Source of the DNA: Polaromonas sp.
Lineage (GTDB): Bacteria > Pseudomonadota > Gammaproteobacteria > Burkholderiales > Burkholderiaceae_C
Reading direction: 5' to 3'
Assembly (NCBI RefSeq): GCF_016185115.1
Contig: NZ_JACPOF010000029.1
Location: 62,530 to 126,529, forward strand
DNA: 64,000 nt
A model generated the notes under the pieces. That model searched no databases and was not told the DNA's origin. It worked only from the letters and a program-made list of their open reading frames with translations. The translations under genes and the position numbers were made by a program. Below are positions 18,322-28,321 of the stretch, in pieces. The number at the start of each line of letters is the position of its first letter. Positions within the stretch are counted from its first letter, which is position 1.

Positions 18322-19752
18322 CTAAAACCAGCGTTTGAGCAGACCCATCACCTGCGTAAAGCGTTTGCCATACGGCGGGTAAAACACATCACCCCGGCCC
18401 CACTTCGATGACACAAGCACCGGTTTTTGCTGGGTCAGGCGCAGAAACCCTGCCTCGCCGTGGTAGCTGCCCCAGCCGCTTTCACCGATGCCGCCAAAAG
18501 GCAGATTTTCGTGGGCGATATGCATGAGCGTGTCGTTGACGGTCACGCCGCCGCTGACGGTTTGCGCCAGCACCTTGTCGCGTGAGGCTGTGTCAGTGCC
18601 GAACCAGTACAGCGCCAGCGGCCTGGGCCTGGCGTTGATGTGCGTGATGGCCTGGTCCATGGAGTCGTAGGGCAGCACGGGCAGGATGGGGCCGAAGATT
18701 TCCTCAGTGAGCAGTTTTGAATCTGCCTTTGCACCAAACACCAGCACCGGCACCATCTGCCGCGCTGCGCTGGGCCCTGTATCAGCACCGACGCGTTGCA
18801 GGCGTGCGCCCTCACCTTCAACCTCCGCCAGCAAGGCCTGCAGGCGATCATGGTGGCGCGGGCTGATGATGGCGGCGTAGTCGGGGTTGCCTTCAATCGT
18901 CGGGAATAGCTGCGCCGTGGCTTTGGCGAAGGCTTCGCCGAACGCGCCTTCGCTGCCTTTGGGCAGCAGCACGTAGTCGGGTGCGATGCAGGTCTGGCCG
19001 GCGTTGAGCAGCTTGCCGTGGGCTATCTTGATGGCGGCACTCTCCATGTCGCAAGAGGCGTCAATGATGCAGGGCGACTTGCCGCCCAGTTCAAGTGTGG
19101 TCGGCGTGAGATTGGCTGCGGCGGCTTTGGCAACGATGCGGCCAACGGCGGTAGAGCCTGTGAAAAACAGATGGTCAAACGGCAGGCTTGAGAACTCTGC
19201 CGCCAGTTCCCCATCGCCCTGCACCACACAGAGCTCTTCTGCCGCAAAGGCCTTTTCAATCAGTTCAGCCATAAGGGCCGATGTACGCGGCGTCAGTTCG
19301 CTGGGCTTGAGCATCACGCGGTTACCAGCCGCCAGTGCGGTAATCACAGGCCCCAACGCCAGCTGCACGGGGTAGTTCCACGGCGACACTACGCCTACGA
19401 CACCCAGAGGCTGGCGCTGAAGGTAAGCACTGGAAGGCTGCAGGTAAATCGGCGTGCTGACCTTGACCGGCTTTATCCATTTCGGCAGTGCCTTCAGCGT
19501 ATGGTGCAGCATGGTGCGCAGCACAAACAGGTCGGCAATCTCGGTGAGCTGCGGCGAGCGCACGCCGAAGTCGGCCTGCACTGCAGCGGCCAGCGCATCG
19601 CCGCCATCAACCAGCAAGGCACGCATGCGCAGCAGGCGGTCTCGGCGCATGGCGAGCGGCACATCAATCCGGGCGCGACTGGCCTGGTATTGGGCATTGA
19701 ACAGGGCGCGGAGTGCGGCATTGGCCACAGGAGCGGTCGGGCTTGAATTCAT
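18322..19752 (-). CDS. aldehyde dehydrogenase family protein (coniferyl-aldehyde dehydrogenase-like)
   Basis: ELGGKSP and FTGSTAVG motifs. The start was taken at ATG 19752 (MNSSPTAP...); the ORF track extends to 19821. Confidence 0.85.
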   Translation of the reverse strand: MNSSPTAPVANAALRALFNAQYQASRARIDVPLAMRRDRLLRMRALLVDGGDALAAAVQADFGVRSPQLTEIADLFVLRTMLHHTLKALPKWIKPVKVSTPIYLQPSSAYLQRQPLGVVGVVSPWNYPVQLALGPVITALAAGNRVMLKPSELTPRTSALMAELIEKAFAAEELCVVQGDGELAAEFSSLPFDHLFFTGSTAVGRIVAKAAAANLTPTTLELGGKSPCIIDASCDMESAAIKIAHGKLLNAGQTCIAPDYVLLPKGSEGAFGEAFAKATAQLFPTIEGNPDYAAIISPRHHDRLQALLAEVEGEGARLQRVGADTGPSAARQMVPVLVFGAKADSKLLTEEIFGPILPVLPYDSMDQAITHINARPRPLALYWFGTDTASRDKVLAQTVSGGVTVNDTLMHIAHENLPFGGIGESGWGSYHGEAGFLRLTQQKPVLVSSKWGRGDVFYPPYGKRFTQVMGLLKRWF

Positions 19753-19909
19753 GCAGGGATGATAGGTGGGAGGCAGCCACACCGTTAGGGGCACGCCCCA
19801 AGTTTTGGGGAGGGTTGACACGAGTCAAGGTTTGCGTGGATTCTTACAGGCCCGGCCCCCTACAGCGACTAAGCTCGGGCAGTACGGTTGCAGTCTTCAG
19901 AGGAGTTTC

Positions 19910-20899
19910 ATGGAATACAAGGACTATTACAAGGCGATGGGTGTCGAGCGCAGCGCCACGCCGGAAGAGATCAAAAAAGCCCACCGCAGGCTGGCTCGCA
20001 AATACCATCCCGACGTCAGCAAGGAAAAAGATGCCGAGGCGCGCTTCAAGGAAATCGCCGAAGCCTATGAGGTGCTGAAAGACCCCGAAAAAAGGGCGGC
20101 TTACGACAGGCTGGGCGCCAACTGGCAGGCCGGTCAGGACTTCCGGCCGCCGCCGGACTGGGAACGCCAGGGTGGGCAGACCGGCGGCGGGTTTTCAGGC
20201 CAGGGCTTTGAAGACATGTCCGGCTTCGAACAAAGCGAGTTCTTTGAGTCGCTCTTCCGCGGGATGGGCGGTGCTCGCAGCGGCGGCGCCGGCGGCCAGC
20301 GCACACGCGGCAGCTTCGACATGCATGGCCAGGACCAGCACGCCAAAATCCAGATCAGTATTGACGATTCCTACATGGGGGCGACGCGCACCCTGCAGTT
20401 GCGCGTGCCCCAGCAGACGCCCGACGGCCATGTGCAGATGCAGGAACGCACCATCGAATTCGCCATTCCCAAAGGCATACGCGCAGGGCAGCACATACGC
20501 CTGGCAGGCCAGGGCGGGCCGGGCATAGGCCAGGGCAGCCCGGGCGACCTCTACCTGGATGTCGAATTTTTGCCGCACACACGCTTTCGAACGGAAGGCT
20601 ACGACGTGTACATGGACTTGCCAGTCTCGCCTTGGGAGGCCGCACTGGGTGCAGAAGTCGAAGCGCCCACGCCGACCGGCGACGTTGAGATCAGGATCCC
20701 CGCCGGCTCGGCCAGCGGGCGCAAGCTGCGCCTCAAGGGGCGCGGCCTGCCGGGCAAGACACCGGGCGACTTTTATTTCGTACTCAAACTCAGCCTGCCG
20801 GCAGCGGAGACTGATGCGCAACGCAAGGCTTACGAAGACATGGCCGGCGCGTTCAGGACATTTGACCCCCGCGCAGCACTGAAAGGAGGCAAGGCATGA
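19910..20899 (+). CDS. cbpA: curved-DNA-binding protein (DnaJ-class co-chaperone)
   Basis: J-domain DYYKAMGVERSATPEEIKKAHRRLARKYHPD. AGGAG Shine-Dalgarno sequence before ATG 19910. Followed by cbpM with an ATGA overlap. Confidence 0.9.
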   Translation: MEYKDYYKAMGVERSATPEEIKKAHRRLARKYHPDVSKEKDAEARFKEIAEAYEVLKDPEKRAAYDRLGANWQAGQDFRPPPDWERQGGQTGGGFSGQGFEDMSGFEQSEFFESLFRGMGGARSGGAGGQRTRGSFDMHGQDQHAKIQISIDDSYMGATRTLQLRVPQQTPDGHVQMQERTIEFAIPKGIRAGQHIRLAGQGGPGIGQGSPGDLYLDVEFLPHTRFRTEGYDVYMDLPVSPWEAALGAEVEAPTPTGDVEIRIPAGSASGRKLRLKGRGLPGKTPGDFYFVLKLSLPAAETDAQRKAYEDMAGAFRTFDPRAALKGGKA

Positions 20900-21228
20900 C
20901 ATCCCCATCCACAAACACATCCACAGCCGTACGCATCACCGGTTTCATTCTTGAGGACCAGACCGAACTGACGCTGGACGACCTGTGCCGCGCCTGCGCA
21001 GCGGAATCCGCACACATCACCGAGCTGATTGAAGAAGGCGTGCTGGCGCCTGAGGGCGCCGGGCCGCAGGAATGGCGATTCACCGGGGTGCACGTGCACA
21101 GGGCAGTCACCGCCGTGAGGCTGCAACGCGACCTGGGCGTCAATCCGGCCGGTGCGGCACTCGCCCTGCAGCTCATGGATGAGCTGGCGACGCTGAGGGC
21201 GCAGCTTCATCACCTCACCATCGACTAG
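20896..21228 (+). CDS. cbpM: chaperone modulatory protein CbpM (MerR-like)
   Basis: 110 aa, translationally coupled to cbpA, with a MerR-type helix region. Confidence 0.8.
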   Translation: MTSPSTNTSTAVRITGFILEDQTELTLDDLCRACAAESAHITELIEEGVLAPEGAGPQEWRFTGVHVHRAVTAVRLQRDLGVNPAGAALALQLMDELATLRAQLHHLTID

Positions 21229-21246
21229 GCACCCGCAAGGACAGCA

Positions 21247-22152
21247 TCAACCCCACTGCAGGCAGCGCATGCTGAGCGTGCCGCTCTGAAAGCCTTCAAA
21301 GGTGGTGATGGTTTTTTCGGTCTTGCCCGCCGCACCCAGCGCATACAGCAGCGGCCAGTAGTGGTCTGGCGTGGGCACCGCCATGCGCACCGAGGCATCC
21401 ATGCCCAGCGGGTTCATCAGGGCGTTGTCGTCACGCGCAGCCAGCGCATCGCGCACGGCGTTGTCAAACGATTGGGCCCAGGGCTTGCTGGCCATGACGC
21501 CCATGGGCACACCGCGCTCGGTGGCGCGCAGGTTGTGCACGACATTGCCGCTGCCCATGATGAGCACGCCCTTCTCGCGCAGCGCGGCGAGTTCCTGCCC
21601 GATCGCATAGTGGTATTTGCCCTGCTGCGCATAATCAATCGACAGCTGGAAGACCGGAATGTCCGCCCTGGGGTACATGTGGCGAAGCACCGTCCAGGTG
21701 CCGTGGTCCAGACCCCATTCATCCGAAGTGGAGGCTGGCGCACTTTTGACTAACGCAGCCGCCTGCCTTGCAAACGCCGGTGCGCCGGGCGCGGGGTACT
21801 GCATCTGCTGCAACTGGTCGGGAAAGCCGCCAAAGTCATGAATGGTCTTGGGCTTGTCATCAATGCCCACGGCCGTTTGCCCCGGTGTGAGCCAATGTGC
21901 AGACACCGACAGGATGGCCGCAGGCCGCCCCAGCGACTGGCCCCATTGGGACAGCTGGCGCGTGAAGGCGTTGTCCTGGATGGCATTCATGGGGCTGCCG
22001 TGCCCGACAAAGATGGACGGCATGCGTTTGCCGGCTTTGGCTGGCCTGCCCTGCTGCGCATGTGCCAGGTCGGCCAGGGTGGAAAGTGCAGCCAGTGCGG
22101 CTGCCATGCTGCCGCCTGTGAGGAGCTTGCGGCGGTCGGGAGAAGAAATCAT
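21247..22152 (-). CDS. class III extradiol dioxygenase (4,5-DOPA dioxygenase / YgiD-like) with Tat-type signal
   Basis: FVGHGSPMNAIQDN motif. The N-terminus MISSPDRRKLLTGGSMAAALAAL.. has a twin-arginine pattern. The ORF track extends to 22191. Confidence 0.8.
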   Translation of the reverse strand: MISSPDRRKLLTGGSMAAALAALSTLADLAHAQQGRPAKAGKRMPSIFVGHGSPMNAIQDNAFTRQLSQWGQSLGRPAAILSVSAHWLTPGQTAVGIDDKPKTIHDFGGFPDQLQQMQYPAPGAPAFARQAAALVKSAPASTSDEWGLDHGTWTVLRHMYPRADIPVFQLSIDYAQQGKYHYAIGQELAALREKGVLIMGSGNVVHNLRATERGVPMGVMASKPWAQSFDNAVRDALAARDDNALMNPLGMDASVRMAVPTPDHYWPLLYALGAAGKTEKTITTFEGFQSGTLSMRCLQWG

Positions 22153-22338
22153 GGCTGTTGTATCGGAGATATTTTCTGACACCCCTGGCATCCAGGGGCC
22201 TTGTTAAAAATGACATAGCGGTTGTAAACCCACATCTATGAACCTTCAAAACCGATTTGGTTCAAGAAGATTGATCATGCCGGCAATATGGATGGCTGCG
22301 TGAAGTTGGGTTGGTGAAGTTCTGCGATCATTCCGTTC

Positions 22339-23445
22339 ATGACAGAAGAAGCGCAGACACCCGCACCCGCACTCAAGGAAATTTTCAACACCGCCCGGCT
22401 GCGGCATATCGCAACCGAGGTTGCGGCGGTTTACCCCGCCTTTGACCAGAAGAAATTCCTGAAACTGGCGCAGGCAGACCTGGACAGCCTGAGCCTGATG
22501 CAGCGCCTGAGGCGCACGTCGGAAAGCCTGCATGCCACCCTGCCCGCCGACTACAAAAAGGCGATTGCCATACTGCGCAGGCTGGCACCGCGCATCAACA
22601 GCGGTTTTGTCACGCTGGTGCTGCCAGACTACGTGGGCCTCTATGGGCAGGATGATTTCGACACATCCATGGATGCACTGAAGTTTTTCACCGCCTTCGG
22701 CAGTTCTGAGTTTGCAATTCGTGAATTCCTGCGGCGTGACCCGAAGCGCACACTGGCCGTGATGAAAAACTGGGCGCGCGATGACAGCGAGCATGTGCGC
22801 CGACTGGCCAGCGAAGGCAGCCGCCCCCGCCTGCCCTGGTCATTCCGGCTTGACGCACTGATGGCCGACCCGGACATGGCCGCACCCATTCTTGAAAGGC
22901 TGAAGGCCGACGACAGCCTGTATGTGCGCAAGTCAGTGGCCAACCACCTCAACGACATCACCAAGCTGCACCCCGAATGGGTCATGACGCGCCTTGAAGG
23001 CTGGCCGCTGGACCAACCCCAGACCGCGTGGATTGCGAGACATGCGCTGCGCACGCTCATCAAGCAGGGCGACAGGCGCGCGCTGGCCGTCATCGGTGCG
23101 GGTAAAAAGGCAGCTGTCAGGCTCAAGGGTCTTGCAGTCAGCCCGAAAAAACTTGTCCTCGGTGAGAGGCTTGATATCTCTTTCAGCCTCGAATCAACAG
23201 CGCATGAAAGCCAGCGCCTGGTGGTCGACTACGCCATTCACTACGTCAAGAAATCAGGCGCCAGCTCGGCCAAGGTCTTCAAGCTCAAGGAACTGACGCT
23301 GGCCCCGGGTGACACCGTGCAGCTCAAACGCAGCCAGGTGGTGAAGGACTTCACCACACGCTTGCACCATGCAGGCCACCACGCAATTGATGTGATGGTC
23401 AACGGCGAGAAGCTGGCCAGCAGCGGGTTTGACTTGCAGCGCTGA
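22339..23445 (+). CDS. DNA alkylation repair (HEAT-like repeat) family protein with C-terminal extension
   Basis: WARDDSEHVRRLASEGSRPRLPW and YVRKSVANHLNDI are motifs typical of the DNA_alkylation family. Confidence 0.75.
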   Translation: MTEEAQTPAPALKEIFNTARLRHIATEVAAVYPAFDQKKFLKLAQADLDSLSLMQRLRRTSESLHATLPADYKKAIAILRRLAPRINSGFVTLVLPDYVGLYGQDDFDTSMDALKFFTAFGSSEFAIREFLRRDPKRTLAVMKNWARDDSEHVRRLASEGSRPRLPWSFRLDALMADPDMAAPILERLKADDSLYVRKSVANHLNDITKLHPEWVMTRLEGWPLDQPQTAWIARHALRTLIKQGDRRALAVIGAGKKAAVRLKGLAVSPKKLVLGERLDISFSLESTAHESQRLVVDYAIHYVKKSGASSAKVFKLKELTLAPGDTVQLKRSQVVKDFTTRLHHAGHHAIDVMVNGEKLASSGFDLQR

Positions 23446-23462
23446 TTGCGCTTGTTACTGGC

Positions 23463-24149
23463 TCAGGCTGCCAGGCGCGCGTTCTGCGGGAACATGTGTT
23501 TTTTGGCCTCATCGTCCATCTCCATCTTGAAGTTGAACTTCGCCTGCAGGCCTTCAGCGCGTTTGGCCGCAGGCCGCTCATTGATCTCGTCAAACAGGCG
23601 TTTGAGGTTGGGCAGCTTGCCCATCGCATCAGGCCCCAGCACGCGCGGCAGGGCTCGGGCCCATCCCCAGACGGCCATGTCGACCAGGGTGTAGGTATCG
23701 CCCAGCATGTATTTGTGTTTGGCCAGCTGGTCATCGAGGATTTTGAAGTGGCGCTCGGCCTCAAATGTGTAGCGGTTGATGGCATAGGCATTTTTCTCTG
23801 GCGCAGCGTGCTGGAAGTGCACCGCCTGGCCTGAATACGGGCCTATGCCGCTGGCCACAAACATCAGCCATGACAGCATCTGGCCTCGTGCGGCAGGCGT
23901 GTTTTCGGGCAAAAACTGCCCGGACTTTTCAGCCAGGTAAAGCAGGATGGCATTGCTGTCGAACACCGTCACGTCGCCATCGGTGATCGCGGGTGTCTTG
24001 CCATTCGGGTTGATCTTGAGGAAGGCCGGCGAATGCTGCTCGCCCTTGCGCGTGTCCACCGCCATCAGTTCATAAGGCATGCCGGCCTCCTCCAGAAACA
24101 GCGCGACCTTCAACGGGTTGGGGGATGGGTGGTAGTAGAACTTGATCAT
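23463..24149 (-). CDS. glutathione S-transferase family protein
   Basis: N-terminal thioredoxin-like fold (YYHPSPNPLKVALFLEE...INPNGKTPAI) and an alpha-helical C-terminal domain. Confidence 0.85.
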   Translation of the reverse strand: MIKFYYHPSPNPLKVALFLEEAGMPYELMAVDTRKGEQHSPAFLKINPNGKTPAITDGDVTVFDSNAILLYLAEKSGQFLPENTPAARGQMLSWLMFVASGIGPYSGQAVHFQHAAPEKNAYAINRYTFEAERHFKILDDQLAKHKYMLGDTYTLVDMAVWGWARALPRVLGPDAMGKLPNLKRLFDEINERPAAKRAEGLQAKFNFKMEMDDEAKKHMFPQNARLAA

Positions 24150-24374
24150 GGGGTCTGGTCTTCCTGTTTAAAAATTCCGGGGAGCTGACGCACGGGTGCA
24201 GCAGTGCAGATTTGATAATACCGGCTCGCACGAATTCATGTGGGGGCCGGTACGGCTAGCCGAAGTCAAACAAACCCACCCGGCAAGGGTTATTCGCGCT
24301 GGGGCTATATTGGCTTTCCGCAACGGTTTCCTTCATCTGCTTCATCCGCACTGCCGGCAACAACTTCAAAAACC

Positions 24375-25079
24375 ATGACAAAACTGACCGACTTCCCCAT
24401 CACAAAAAAATGGCCTGCCCAGCACCCTGACCGCATCCAGCTGTATTCATTGCCGACACCCAATGGCGTGAAGGTCTCCATCATGCTGGAGGAAACCGGC
24501 CTGCCTTACGAGGCACATACGGTGAGCTTTGAGAAGAACGACCAGACCTCGCCCGAGTTTTTGTCACTCAACCCCAACAACAAGATACCGGCGATCATTG
24601 ACCCTGACGGCCCCGGCGGCAACCCTCTCGCGCTGTTTGAATCGGGCGCCATACTGCTTTACCTGGCTGACAAGTCCGGCAAGTTCATTCCGAAAGACGC
24701 TGCCGGCCGCTACGAAACAATCCAGTGGCTGATGTTCCAGATGGGCGGCATCGGGCCCATGTTTGGACAGCTTGGTTTTTTCAGCAAGTTTGCCGGCAAG
24801 GACTATGAAGACAAGCGCCCGCGTGACCGCTATGTGGCCGAATCAACCCGCCTGCTCGGCGTGTTGAACCAGCGCCTGGCCAACCGCGCCTGGATTGCCG
24901 GTGACGAGTACAGCATTGCCGACATCGCCACCTTCCCGTGGATTCGCAACCTGGTCGGTTTTTATGAAGCCGGTGACCTGGTCGGTATCCAGAACTTCCC
25001 GAATGTCACGCGCGCACTCGATGCGTTTGTGGCGAGGCCTGCAGTGGCAAAAGGCCTGACCATTCCCCCGCGCGGCTGA
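24375..25079 (+). CDS. glutathione S-transferase (YghU/Nu-class-like)
   Basis: IQLYSLPTPNGVKVSIMLEE...LNPNNKIPAIID...ESGAILLYLA. The start was taken at ATG 24375. Confidence 0.85.
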   Translation: MTKLTDFPITKKWPAQHPDRIQLYSLPTPNGVKVSIMLEETGLPYEAHTVSFEKNDQTSPEFLSLNPNNKIPAIIDPDGPGGNPLALFESGAILLYLADKSGKFIPKDAAGRYETIQWLMFQMGGIGPMFGQLGFFSKFAGKDYEDKRPRDRYVAESTRLLGVLNQRLANRAWIAGDEYSIADIATFPWIRNLVGFYEAGDLVGIQNFPNVTRALDAFVARPAVAKGLTIPPRG

Positions 25080-25099
25080 TACTGATTCTGCTGCCCCGT

Positions 25100-26110
25100 T
25101 CAGCGCGAGGCAGCAGCATGCGGTGGGTCGACCAAAGTGGCGGGGTGCCTTGACGCATAGTGCTCCAGAAAGGCGTAGAGCAGCAGCCCACCGCCCAGCG
25201 GCACCAGGTAATACAGTGCGCGGTAGGCCAATATCGCCCCCATGATGGCGCCCTGCTTCATCGAGCCCGAAAGCAGCGCCAGGTACACAGCTTCAAGTAC
25301 GCCCAGCCCGCCCGGCACGGGTATGAATACACCAGCAATGGAGGCGGCCAGCAGCACGCACAGCGTTGTGCCATAGGGTATGTGCTGCCCCAGCAACAAA
25401 TACATCATCGCGCCCATCAACGCCCAGTTGACCGCGGAGACACAAAGTTGCACCAGCGCCAGCCCGGGCGAAGGCAGCCGCAGGTGCTTGCCGCGAACAA
25501 CCCATTCACGCCCGCTGGCCCACGCACACGCAAGAACATAACAGGCGGCCATCAGCACCAGTGCCACCCCCAGCAGGCGCAGCGTGGTGCTTTCAAGGCG
25601 GGCCTGTGGAGGCGGCTCTATGAGGCCAGCCGCAAACAGGCTGCCCGCCAGCAGACCGTAGCCCATCCAGTTGGTGGCCAGGCCGGTGCCAATGACCTGG
25701 GCAATGGTGAAATCGCCGAGACCAGAGCGGGAGTACAAGCGGGCACGCAAGGCCATGCCGCCCACCAGCGCACCCAGATTCAGGTTGAGCGCATAGCTGG
25801 CCATGGCGATGGCCCATGTCCGCCACACCGGCAATCTGTGGCGCGTGTGCCGCCTGCCAATCAGGTCATAGCAGCCATAAATACAGTGGCTCACGGTCGC
25901 GAGTCCCAGCACAGCCAGCAGCAGCCCGGGCGGGTAATGGGTAAGGGCATACCATGCACCTTTCCAGTCAACCTTGTGCGCATGCGATATGAGCAGGCCC
26001 AGCACGGCAATGCCAAACAGCGGCACCACCCACCGGCGTAAACGGGGCCACCAGCCCTCCCCTGCGGATGAAAGGGTCTGGTCAGTCATGGCAGCGGCAT
26101 GAAAGGTCAT
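25100..26110 (-). CDS. UPF0104 / lysylphosphatidylglycerol-synthase-TM-domain-like integral membrane protein
   Basis: 336 aa and polytopic (about 8 hydrophobic segments). The N-terminal pattern is similar to the YbhN family. Confidence 0.6.
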   Translation of the reverse strand: MTFHAAAMTDQTLSSAGEGWWPRLRRWVVPLFGIAVLGLLISHAHKVDWKGAWYALTHYPPGLLLAVLGLATVSHCIYGCYDLIGRRHTRHRLPVWRTWAIAMASYALNLNLGALVGGMALRARLYSRSGLGDFTIAQVIGTGLATNWMGYGLLAGSLFAAGLIEPPPQARLESTTLRLLGVALVLMAACYVLACAWASGREWVVRGKHLRLPSPGLALVQLCVSAVNWALMGAMMYLLLGQHIPYGTTLCVLLAASIAGVFIPVPGGLGVLEAVYLALLSGSMKQGAIMGAILAYRALYYLVPLGGGLLLYAFLEHYASRHPATLVDPPHAAASR

Positions 26111-26211
26111 GGCACATCATGACCAGGACTGCCGCAGATGTACATTCATCGGCCTCCCCAATCCGCGCAAGAACTTTCCTACAGCCCGGGTAAAAGCCAT
26201 GCTGCGCGCTG

Positions 26212-27141
26212 TCACAACGCTGGCAGCGACCCGCCCGCGCCTGTAAAGGGTGTGCCGGCCGCACGTTGCAGCAGCAGCGACAAATGCTCCGCAGCGGGCG
26301 TCAGGGGGAAATGCGCAGAATGCATCTGCACGATGTCGGGTGCGGCCAGGGATTCCATGACCGGGATCTGCTCCACCATGCCGCCAAACAGTTCATTGCC
26401 GGCCCATACCCGGGGCAGCAGTACCAGTGCATCTGTCGTGGCGATCAGAACCACCAACACCAGCATCGATTCGGCGCGCGTGCGCACGGCCGGGCTGGGC
26501 AGGCCGTGCGCCGAAAACACTTCTTCAAATTCTTCTTCAACACGGTCGCGTATGGCCGAGACCACCCATTCGGCGTCGACCAGCTCGGCCAGGCTGGTAG
26601 CGCCTGCAAGGGGGTGGCCCCTGCGGCCCATGATGACGCGCTCGTTGGCTGAAATGCGCAGCACGCTGTAGCCACTGCCCAGCTCGCGCTCGGGGCGCGG
26701 GCCCATGTAGAAGTCCAGCTCACCGTCGCGCAGTTTGGGTTCTATGACAGGAAAGTTGCCGTCCACAAAACGCACATTGATGGACGGCCAGGCCTTGCGG
26801 AACTGCGGGTAGGCCAGGGGCAGCATGCCGAGCACCGCAGCGCTTGAAATCGACACCGACACCGTGCCGCTCAGGTCGCCCTGGAACTGCCGCGCTTCTT
26901 CACAACCGCGCCGTATCGACTCGCTGGCAATTTGCGCGCGCACCAGGAATTTTTCGCCCGCCGGGGTCAGCACCACACCGCGCGCATGCCGCTCGAACAG
27001 GGGCACGCCCAATTCTTCCTCAAGCTCCTGCAGGCTGCGCGACACAGCCGGTTGCGTCAGCCCCAATGAGGTTGCCGCAGCGCGCAGGCTGCGCGAATGC
27101 GCAATCGCAATAAAGTCACGCAGGTGGCGGCTTTTGGGCAT
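26212..27141 (-). CDS. LysR-family transcriptional regulator
   Basis: HTH region LRDFIAIAHSRSLRAAATSLGLTQPAVSRSLQELE. Confidence 0.9.
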   Translation of the reverse strand: MPKSRHLRDFIAIAHSRSLRAAATSLGLTQPAVSRSLQELEEELGVPLFERHARGVVLTPAGEKFLVRAQIASESIRRGCEEARQFQGDLSGTVSVSISSAAVLGMLPLAYPQFRKAWPSINVRFVDGNFPVIEPKLRDGELDFYMGPRPERELGSGYSVLRISANERVIMGRRGHPLAGATSLAELVDAEWVVSAIRDRVEEEFEEVFSAHGLPSPAVRTRAESMLVLVVLIATTDALVLLPRVWAGNELFGGMVEQIPVMESLAAPDIVQMHSAHFPLTPAAEHLSLLLQRAAGTPFTGAGGSLPAL

Positions 27142-27279
27142 GAGGGTCTTTTATACGGGGCTGGAACACGATGATGGTATCGCGACGCCAGCGGCCCGTG
27201 ACCATATCCGGCAACCGGCACCCGGTTCAACCCACACCAGGGCTTTTACAGACGCGGCTCCGGCGAACGCCTGACTGAA

Positions 27280-27699
27280 TCAGGAAGGGGCAAAGACGAC
27301 CGTTATCCTGCGGTTTTTTATTTTCCAGCCAGCGCCGGTCAGCACAAAGTCGTCGTCATATTCGGCAAATATCAGCAGGGAAGACGGCAGAGGCAAGGCG
27401 GCATCCGGCGCGGCCGTGGCGCCGAACATCATCACACTGCTGCTGCCTCTGGCCGTGGCCGGGCCCGTCATGTCGATGCGGATATTGCTGGTGGCGTGGC
27501 GCACGTAACGGTCCCTGGGTCGCCCCTCGCAGAACTGCTTCAGGCCGTCCATGCCCCTGAACACCTGCCCCGCCCTGTCGAGCGTGGGATCGGGCGCAAA
27601 CAGCGCCAGGAAAGGCTCGTACTGGCGCCTGTCTATGTGGTAAATAAAATCCTGGCACAGGCGCGTGCATTCACTTTCGCAGCGGAGAAGGTCGTCCAT
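27280..27699 (-). CDS. SnoaL-like / NTF2-fold protein
   Basis: 139 aa with a typical NTF2-like pattern. Lies in an operon with the VOC and FAD monooxygenase genes. Confidence 0.65.
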   Translation of the reverse strand: MDDLLRCESECTRLCQDFIYHIDRRQYEPFLALFAPDPTLDRAGQVFRGMDGLKQFCEGRPRDRYVRHATSNIRIDMTGPATARGSSSVMMFGATAAPDAALPLPSSLLIFAEYDDDFVLTGAGWKIKNRRITVVFAPS

Positions 27700-27706
27700 G
27701 CCAGCC

Positions 27707-28321
27707 CTATCGCAGGTTCAGTGAGTCGAGCCCGCGCGCCTCGCTGTCCGGCCGCATCTTGATGGCGGTTTCGTCTTCGCCAGAATGAAAACGCCTGGCC
27801 AGGTCGGCGGGCTCGAAGTCCACACCGATCGGGTTCTTGGCGAAGGCGGGGCTGTAGAAAAATTCACCGGCCTTTTCAACCGTCTCGTAGTTGTCCACCT
27901 GCAGTTCGACCTGGTTGCCGTCGGGGTCTGCGTAATACATGGAGGTCGTCGGGCCATGGTTCATGCAGGTCACGGGGCGTATGCCGGCCTTGTCAAGGCG
28001 CTCATAGGTGGCGACCAGATCGGCCAGGGAGTCATAGGTGAAGGCCACATGGTGCATGCCGGCAATACCATCAGGCTGGCGCTCCAGGCCAGGAATGTTC
28101 AGTATCGCAATGCGGTGGTGCTCTTCGTCATACGACAGGAAGGCCAGGGCGCCGTTGGAAAACGCCGTCTTCGCGCACAGCACCGTGGTGTACCAGTTCA
28201 CCAGCGCATCGAACTGCGAGGTGCGAAACACCACATGGGCCAGTCGTGCGGGTGGCACGGCGGCCCTGGGTGCAACTGCGGCGCGGGCTGTTTGCGGGCG
28301 GGATTCAAGTACCTGATTCAT
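27707..28321 (-). CDS. VOC-family (glyoxalase / extradiol dioxygenase fold) protein
   Basis: LAHVVFRTSQ...GMHHVAFTY...DPDGNQVELQ motifs. The start was taken at ATG 28321, which overlaps the monooxygenase stop. Confidence 0.78.
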   Translation of the reverse strand: MNQVLESRPQTARAAVAPRAAVPPARLAHVVFRTSQFDALVNWYTTVLCAKTAFSNGALAFLSYDEEHHRIAILNIPGLERQPDGIAGMHHVAFTYDSLADLVATYERLDKAGIRPVTCMNHGPTTSMYYADPDGNQVELQVDNYETVEKAGEFFYSPAFAKNPIGVDFEPADLARRFHSGEDETAIKMRPDSEARGLDSLNLR

